The position numbers and the translations under genes were made by a program. A stretch of DNA of 20,000 nucleotides, taken from IMG/VR virus record IMGVR_UViG_3300042934_000354; one strand, 5' to 3'. Source of the DNA: an uncultured virus (IMG/VR IMGVR_UViG_3300042934_000354) (taxonomy: Duplodnaviria; Heunggongvirae; Uroviricota; Caudoviricetes). Shown in pieces: positions 15,232 through 20,000 of this stretch; positions within the stretch are counted from its first letter, which is position 1, and each line of letters opens with the position of its first letter. Under the pieces are notes generated by a model. The model did not search any database and was not told the origin of the DNA. It saw only the letters and a program-made list of their open reading frames with translations.

Positions 15232-15816
15232 ATGACACCAGAAACTCTAAAATCAACATGCATAATGTTCAGAACTGAATTAGAACATCAAGGCGCTTCA
15301 ATGGGCATCATGTCCGTGTTCGACAGCATGTGCAGCTACTTAGGCGGAGAAAGCAGAGACTTGAACAGGGCGCTGGCTGCTCTAGAAGAGGCACAACAAC
15401 AAGCAGAACTGGCGTATGCGGCATATGAAGGGCTTCAAGGTTTCTGCGTAAGTCGCGGTGAGTACGATTCGCTCCTTAATAAACACAGTGTACTAGCCAG
15501 GGCGCACCGTGAGTCACAACAGGAGATAGAAAGGCTAAAAAATCTATTTGACGAGGACACAAAAGAACTGATTGAGGCACAACAGACCATAGCCCGGAAG
15601 CGATTATATATAGAGAAACTGGAATTAAGCAGAGAAAGTGCACAGAAGGCAGCAGACAATATCTCAAAAGAGAAGGGCTTGGAGCTATTTGAAGCAAGGC
15701 AGACCATAGCCCGGCAACGGGAGGCGCTGGATGATATCGCACACAGGCCTGCTCCAACCACAGGCAAGTATTTCAGATCGGTAGCCCGAGCTGCTCTAGG
15801 GGAGATACAGCCATGA
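15232..15816 (+). CDS. Coiled-coil protein with internal repeats
   Basis: RBS AAGGAGAG. Repeated EAQQ/EAQQTIAR/EARQTIAR blocks. Confidence 0.8.
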   Translation: MTPETLKSTCIMFRTELEHQGASMGIMSVFDSMCSYLGGESRDLNRALAALEEAQQQAELAYAAYEGLQGFCVSRGEYDSLLNKHSVLARAHRESQQEIERLKNLFDEDTKELIEAQQTIARKRLYIEKLELSRESAQKAADNISKEKGLELFEARQTIARQREALDDIAHRPAPTTGKYFRSVARAALGEIQP

Positions 15817-15989
15817 CACAGGAGAAGCAGAGCCTTGATTTAAATAATCTTGACCATCAGTTAATCGTGGCGGCAATGGCAAATATGGCTGAGAAGGGCA
15901 AGACGCCACATCAGATATTTGAGCTACTGGAGGACATCAAGCGGCAGACGTTCCATTCGCTGGCCGAGATTCGGAGGGACGCCCAATGA
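15813..15989 (+). CDS. 58-aa hypothetical protein (not in ORF track)
   Basis: ATGA coupling at both ends, RBS AGGGGAG, MTQEKQSLDLNNLDHQLIVAAMANM... Confidence 0.7.
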   Translation: MTQEKQSLDLNNLDHQLIVAAMANMAEKGKTPHQIFELLEDIKRQTFHSLAEIRRDAQ

Positions 15990-16357
15990 CACAGGTACAG
16001 GAATGGAGCAACAAACAGATTGATGTGGCACTTGCTAAATTATGCGGATACGAAATATACGCCGAAGAATTTAGTCTCAGCCATGAACTTGTAGTGAGAT
16101 ATGTAGACGCTAAAGGACTCAACGGATTGAGGTTTTTCAGCCCTAGCACTGATCCTGCTGCCTCTCTAGAGGTACAAACAGCAGCCATAGTAAAAGATGC
16201 CGAAAAGTACATGCGTAACCTAGCTGCAGTCAGATGGGTTAGACAAGACGCTGCGGAAATGACGGAGTTATCTCTTATCGGAGCCGCAGATTTACACCTC
16301 GCCAGCCCCAGGGAGAGGGCAGAGGCGGCATATATCACGCTTAGTAGTAAGCGGTAG
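15986..16357 (+). CDS. Phage protein, ABA-sandwich/BC1872-like
   Basis: IDVALAKLCGY...FSPSTDPAASLEV...ASPRERAEAA pattern. Confidence 0.55.
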   Translation: MTQVQEWSNKQIDVALAKLCGYEIYAEEFSLSHELVVRYVDAKGLNGLRFFSPSTDPAASLEVQTAAIVKDAEKYMRNLAAVRWVRQDAAEMTELSLIGAADLHLASPRERAEAAYITLSSKR

Positions 16358-16386
16358 ACGCATATGGTGCAGGAAGGAGCCTGAGT

Positions 16387-16602
16387 ATGCAATTGACCAT
16401 TGATGATATTTGCATAGAGGTATTAATAGATGGACGTCCTTACAGAGATTATGGTGATCCTACAGATAAGTATGGTCGAACCAAGACACATATTGAAGGG
16501 TATTACGGTGATATTCTCGGATGGCGTAGGGTTGGCTGCAAACAAAAGATTGCGAGAGTACGCGCAAATCAGGGGGTAGATACAAATGTCAGAACACTTT
16601 GA
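16387..16602 (+). CDS. Hypothetical protein
   Basis: RBS AAGGAG, 71 aa, starts MQLTIDD. Confidence 0.7.
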   Translation: MQLTIDDICIEVLIDGRPYRDYGDPTDKYGRTKTHIEGYYGDILGWRRVGCKQKIARVRANQGVDTNVRTL

Positions 16603-16759
16603 AGATGGGGAAAAGGTCCGGTTAAAGAAAACGGGAGAAACCGTCACGATAAACGAATGGTCGCTTACTAGAATGGGCAGGGGTATTACTCGGTACACAT
16701 ACAATTTGATAGAACATCCTGGATTTTTCTTTTACCACAGCGAGTTGGAAAAAATTTAA
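16586..16759 (+). CDS. 57-aa small beta-rich (SH3/KOW-like) protein (not in ORF track)
   Basis: RBS AGGGGGT, MSEHFEDGEKVRLKKTGETVTINEW...YHSELEKI. Confidence 0.7.
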   Translation: MSEHFEDGEKVRLKKTGETVTINEWSLTRMGRGITRYTYNLIEHPGFFFYHSELEKI

Positions 16760-16772
16760 GCCTGATGCAATT

Positions 16773-16824
16773 GGCCGAAGGACATCGTCCGACAGCATAA
16801 ACCCAGGCGTATCCGGGGGCCGAA
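16773..16824 (+). repeat. Dispersed structured element R2
   Basis: GGCCGAAGGACATCGTCCGACAGCATAAACCCAGGCGTATCCGGGGGCCGAA, intergenic. Confidence 0.75.
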
Positions 16825-16881
16825 ACAGATCATTAAGGGAGTAGGAGTAACCCTCCTCTCCCACTAAGGGAGGATATAACG

Positions 16882-17097
16882 ATGATTGACTGGATTAAGT
16901 TCAATATGTATGAAAGCGAAGAGCTTGAAGGTAAAACATACCTTATCCTGGCTAATGGATTAACACACCAAGCTAAATTTGATGCGGATCATGGATGGTT
17001 TTTTCATGAAGGATATGAGGAATCAACCATATACTTCCAACGCACAGTAAGTCATTATGCTTATTTCAACTACCCTAAAGATTGGGAGGAAGCCTAA
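16882..17097 (+). CDS. Hypothetical protein, DUF551-like
   Basis: RBS AAGGGAGG. MIDWIK...YLI...WF...VSHYAYFNYP resembles the DUF551 pattern. Confidence 0.6.
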   Translation: MIDWIKFNMYESEELEGKTYLILANGLTHQAKFDADHGWFFHEGYEESTIYFQRTVSHYAYFNYPKDWEEA

Positions 17098-17483
17098 TGA
17101 CACTCACAAGGAAAGAGATACTAAATGAGCCGCCAGGAATTCAATTAGATCAATGGGTATCTGTTCATGTTATGGGATACGAAATCAAGAAGGAATATAT
17201 ATGGGACCAATCATATCATGAGTTTTATTACCGTGAAGGAATCAAATATGAAAATGTTCATTATCCAGATGAATGGCAGCCTTCAAAATACATTGATGCA
17301 GCATGGATAGTTGTAGAAAAGATGAGGATCCTTGGATTCAACCTAAATATATACGTACATCAATCAGGCTACACTATTGTATACCCATCAACAGCCAGTG
17401 GACTTGCATTTGAAGAGGTTATGTGCAAAACAACGCCTGATGCAATTTGCAAGGTTGCACTAATAGCAGCACTGAACTTATAA
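17097..17483 (+). CDS. Phage ABA-sandwich domain (BC1872-like) protein
   Basis: ATG at 17097 (TAATG coupling). LDQWVSVHVMGY...PSKYIDAAWIVVEKM...TPDAICKVAL. Confidence 0.75.
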   Translation: MTLTRKEILNEPPGIQLDQWVSVHVMGYEIKKEYIWDQSYHEFYYREGIKYENVHYPDEWQPSKYIDAAWIVVEKMRILGFNLNIYVHQSGYTIVYPSTASGLAFEEVMCKTTPDAICKVALIAALNL

Positions 17484-17484
17484 C

Positions 17485-17536
17485 GGCCGTCAGGCCTCCA
17501 TATCGACTGAATCAGCTAAGCGTAGCGGAGGCCGTA
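17485..17536 (+). repeat. Dispersed structured element R3 (most divergent)
   Basis: GGCCGTCAGGCCTCCATATCGACTGAATCAGCTAAGCGTAGCGGAGGCCGTA, starting 2 nt after a stop codon. Confidence 0.6.
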
Positions 17537-17651
17537 TAAGGTCTGGTACTTAACTTATAAGGGGGCAGAGACAACTGCTTGGTTGTTAAATTACCGGAAA
17601 TTAAGGAATTTGGTTGTTACGCTAATTTACCCCAAAGGGAGAGGATACACG

Positions 17652-17804
17652 ATGGCAAAGAAAATTGGATTATTTCTAAACGGAAAGATCATGGTCGAAT
17701 ATCCAAACATACCTGACTGCTACATGGAAGCCGTGCAGGATCTGAAAGAAGCAATCGAAGAGACTGGAATCTTTCATGAATTAAAACTCTACGAAGAGGT
17801 ATAA
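17652..17804 (+). CDS. 50-aa hypothetical protein
   Basis: ATG at 17652 after AAAGGGAGAGG. Confidence 0.7.
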   Translation: MAKKIGLFLNGKIMVEYPNIPDCYMEAVQDLKEAIEETGIFHELKLYEEV

Positions 17805-17818
17805 GGGGGAGAAGAGGA

Positions 17819-18022
17819 GTGAACGAGTGCAAATGTGATTATTGCGAAGAAGAGATGGACTTCAATAAAATGTACAGCTGCACGCTTGAGCATACAGGAG
17901 ATTATAAAACAACAAAGTTCTATGGTGGTCACAAAGGGTGTATGGCGGCAATGTTGGGTGCATATCGGAGGTTTGGAAGGAAAATGACTCAGAAGGAAGT
18001 TGAGGGGGAGAAGAGGATATGA
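17819..18022 (+). CDS. Small Cys-rich hypothetical protein
   Basis: GTG after AAGGGGGAG. CKCDYC...HKGC. Confidence 0.7.
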   Translation: MNECKCDYCEEEMDFNKMYSCTLEHTGDYKTTKFYGGHKGCMAAMLGAYRRFGRKMTQKEVEGEKRI

Positions 18023-18306
18023 GCAAAGCGGTCATCTTTGGTGTCACCAAGGAAACAGTAGGAACGGCAATGGATGAAATTAAGAAAGTTAACGAAGACA
18101 GCATGATGGTATTGGCGCCATTCGTAGGAAACATGTCAACGCACGCACCTAGCAAGTCAGGAAAGCACAAGGGGTATTACCGTATCAAATGTGAGATATG
18201 GATTCCTGAAGATGCGATAGAAGGCGAGGGAGCACTCACGGACTTTGGAGCATTCGCCGTAATGCGTCTGCCAAAAGCACGGATAAAGGACCATATGAAG
18301 GATTAG
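18019..18306 (+). CDS. Hypothetical protein
   Basis: ATGA coupling, 95 aa. Confidence 0.75.
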   Translation: MSKAVIFGVTKETVGTAMDEIKKVNEDSMMVLAPFVGNMSTHAPSKSGKHKGYYRIKCEIWIPEDAIEGEGALTDFGAFAVMRLPKARIKDHMKD

Positions 18307-18358
18307 GCCGGAGGCCATCGAGTCAGACCGAATAATCCCAGTGATAACGGGGGCCGGA
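18306..18358 (+). repeat. Dispersed structured element R4
   Basis: GGCCGGAGGCCATCGAGTCAGACCGAATAATCCCAGTGATAACGGGGGCCGGA, beginning in the stop codon. Confidence 0.75.
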
Positions 18359-18405
18359 TAAGGGTTTATGGCTTATCTGGCTCCCCATAAAGAAAGGAAC
18401 AACCC

Positions 18406-18555
18406 ATGAACTGGCTTAAACAACTATTTTGCAAACACGACTATCAGCCGCATATCAAACAAACAAAGTTCCAGAATCTTAGTGGTGATCGAATCTATAA
18501 CATCTGCACCAAATGTGGAAAGCACAAAGGATCAGAGTTTAGAAAACATTGGTAG
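18406..18555 (+). CDS. 49-aa Zn-finger-like phage protein, DUF1660-like (not in ORF track)
   Basis: RBS AGAAAGGA, MNWLKQLFCKHDY...ICTKCGK. Confidence 0.75.
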   Translation: MNWLKQLFCKHDYQPHIKQTKFQNLSGDRIYNICTKCGKHKGSEFRKHW

Positions 18556-18571
18556 GGGAGGAAGACAGACC

Positions 18572-18907
18572 ATGACTAAACTATCGGATGAAGAAATTGA
18601 GTCCATTGATAAGGCCCTGACGAAGACCTGGTCCATGAATCGTATGGAATCTAATCGGTATCAAGCAAAGATCCGGAACAACGCCTATAGATGGCTTACG
18701 GAACTGGTGGCTGAAGTGATTGCCAAGTACGGACCACCCACCCGGCCATACGGCAGCTATAGCAGTATAGCAACGCCGCCAACACGCCAGCAGGGAGGTG
18801 CCAAGCGTGGTACAGTTCGAGATAAAAGTAAAGCCAATGGGAAGCGTACGAATGACGCAAAAGGGAAAGTGGAAGGACCCGGCAGCACAAAGGTATCTGG
18901 ACTATAA
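18572..18907 (+). CDS. Hypothetical protein
   Basis: ATG at 18572 after GGGGAGG. The tail overlaps rusA by ~100 bp. Confidence 0.6.
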   Translation: MTKLSDEEIESIDKALTKTWSMNRMESNRYQAKIRNNAYRWLTELVAEVIAKYGPPTRPYGSYSSIATPPTRQQGGAKRGTVRDKSKANGKRTNDAKGKVEGPGSTKVSGL

Positions 18908-19211
18908 GAAACTGCTAGGGTATGAAGCACGCAAGCACATCAAGACACCGCTAGAACAGCCTATCATCGTCACAGTGGACTTTTATTATCAGATCCCTAC
19001 CTCATTTACCAAAGCCAAGAAGCAGCTCATCCAGGAAGGCAGGCTACGTCCAGTGGTCAAGCCGGACATCGACAACGCCGCTAAAGGAATCATGGACTCT
19101 CTCAACAAGATTGCATACATGGATGACAACCAAGTCGTGGGGCTACACACAAACAAGTACTATGCAGACGAAGCGCGAATCGTAATCCAAATTGAGGAGT
19201 GGATCGCATGA
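18807..19211 (+). CDS. rusA: RusA Holliday junction resolvase
   Basis: KPDIDNAAKGIMDSLNKIAYMDDNQVV motif. GTG at 18807, 8 nt after GGAGG. Confidence 0.95.
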   Translation: MVQFEIKVKPMGSVRMTQKGKWKDPAAQRYLDYKKLLGYEARKHIKTPLEQPIIVTVDFYYQIPTSFTKAKKQLIQEGRLRPVVKPDIDNAAKGIMDSLNKIAYMDDNQVVGLHTNKYYADEARIVIQIEEWIA

Positions 19212-19405
19212 GAGCAGCATGGATCAATCTTGGAGAAACATACGAGTTGGTAAGCGAATATGGGACCCGTGGAGGAGCGTTGATAACACTGGACAAGCAA
19301 ATACATCAGCGGAACCTTAGGGCGCTGTACGAGCCTCCTATAGGCTTTAAAACAGACAGTTACAAATTCGCAGAAAAGAGATTGATCAATCGCAAAACGG
19401 CATGA
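19208..19405 (+). CDS. Hypothetical protein
   Basis: ATGA coupling to rusA, RBS GAGGAG, 65 aa. Confidence 0.7.
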   Translation: MRAAWINLGETYELVSEYGTRGGALITLDKQIHQRNLRALYEPPIGFKTDSYKFAEKRLINRKTA

Positions 19406-19415
19406 TTAAATCTAT

Positions 19416-19472
19416 GAAAACGTGAGAAAACGAAAGATATTAGTACAATAACGCCGGGAAATAGTGTATAAT
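19416..19472 (+). promoter_or_regulatory. Putative promoter with upstream direct repeats
   Basis: TATAAT at 19467-19472, poor -35, GAAAACG at 19416 and 19426. Confidence 0.5.
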
Positions 19473-19513
19473 ATAGGTAATAATCAATAATATGAGCGAA
19501 AAGAGGGGTATTC

Positions 19514-20000
19514 GTGGAAATATCGGAATTGCAAGATCAAATTGAGCAGCTACAGTATGAGTTGAACATGGAAAATCAGCGCGGCGGATTGAAGGATGCG
19601 GCCAAGGTAGAGGGACTGGAAGCGAAGATTGCGGAATTGACGGCTGAGATGGACAAGCCAGAACTGCCCCCAGAGATTGTAAAGGCAAATGAGGAAGCAG
19701 AACTGTTCGGGACAGCCTTTGAACCATTCTGCAAAAACAAACTATCTTATAACGTGATCCGCGAAAAAGTATTCGCCAAAACGTATGCCCTGATGGACGC
19801 TTTAACTGATGCACAAGTGCAGGCGGAAGAAACAGCAGTTATCACGAACAGCGAACTATCTGAACTATCTCAGCAGATTGAGGACCGTGACGCGATTATC
19901 TCCGGGCTGCGCAAGGAACTGTTTGAAGCGAAGGAACTGGCAGAGGACAATGCCAACAAGCGTGACGCAGCAGGCCGTGAGCTATCGGAAGCCTCACAGA
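19514..20000 (+). CDS. Acidic coiled-coil protein, 3'-truncated (not in ORF track)
   Basis: GTG after AAGAGGGG, MEISELQDQIEQLQYELNMENQRGG... Open to the window end. Confidence 0.8.
   Translation, partial: MEISELQDQIEQLQYELNMENQRGGLKDAAKVEGLEAKIAELTAEMDKPELPPEIVKANEEAELFGTAFEPFCKNKLSYNVIREKVFAKTYALMDALTDAQVQAEETAVITNSELSELSQQIEDRDAIISGLRKELFEAKELAEDNANKRDAAGRELSEASQ

Larger units (their letters stand above)
1..20000. mobile_element. Temperate phage genome segment (lysis end, integration, immunity, recombination, replication, accessory early genes)
   Basis: Canonical siphophage module order: amidase/holin, serine integrase, cI/cro, Rha-antirepressor, YqaJ/RecT, initiator/DnaB, RusA. Dense, translationally coupled small ORFs. 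No host housekeeping genes seen. Confidence 0.95.

Noticed and set aside
15929..15968. GGAGGACATC...GGCCGA as a fifth element copy
   Set aside because: Mid-gene, spacing about 10 bp too short, and the bulged hairpin is missing.
14893..18358. Elements R1-R4 as a CRISPR array or IS/MITE ends
   Set aside because: Copies are divergent, roughly 700-1900 bp apart and separated by whole genes. No cas or transposase gene and no target duplications.
18807..18907. Overlap of the 18572 ORF with rusA as a programmed frameshift
   Set aside because: rusA has its own strong RBS and no slippery site is visible. The overlap tail looks like simple read-through.
1222..19814. Many opposite-strand or alternate-frame ORFs in the track (e.g. 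1222-1425, 7673-8146, 11123-11461, 12854-13273, 15937-16392, 19440-19814)
   Set aside because: Shadow ORFs over well-supported genes, lacking RBS and recognisable motifs.
1..20000. tRNA, rRNA, reverse transcriptase/DGR or recognisable defence operon
   Set aside because: No cloverleaf, RT motif or known defence-family motif was seen by eye.

Overview
This window looks like 20 kb of a temperate Bacillota siphophage, most consistent with a Paenibacillus-type phage (host inferred from gene content, not proven). It runs from the end of the lysis module (Amidase_3 endolysin, LL-H-type holin, terminator) through a candidate intact attP and a large serine integrase. An accessory regulatory island follows (stand-alone LytTR protein, putative sRNA, XRE HTH, LexA box, 56-aa ORF), then a cI/cro switch with five operators and a Rha/KilAC antirepressor. 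The early region has YqaJ-RecT recombination genes, an HNH nuclease, YopX, a second divergent HTH pair, a replication initiator with iterons, a DnaB helicase, a long run of small accessory genes, RusA and a truncated coiled-coil gene. Holin and integrase sit side by side across a symmetric att site, which suggests the excised or virion arrangement. Best leads: (1) four dispersed ~50-bp GC-rich elements at gene boundaries of the accessory region, sharing a covarying bulged hairpin; (2) an SOS-box-controlled small ORF overlapping a repressor that lacks an autocleavage domain; (3) the LytTR island; (4) a ~60-nt antisense RNA unit upstream of yqaJ. All family calls come from motif recognition by eye; no database search was run.
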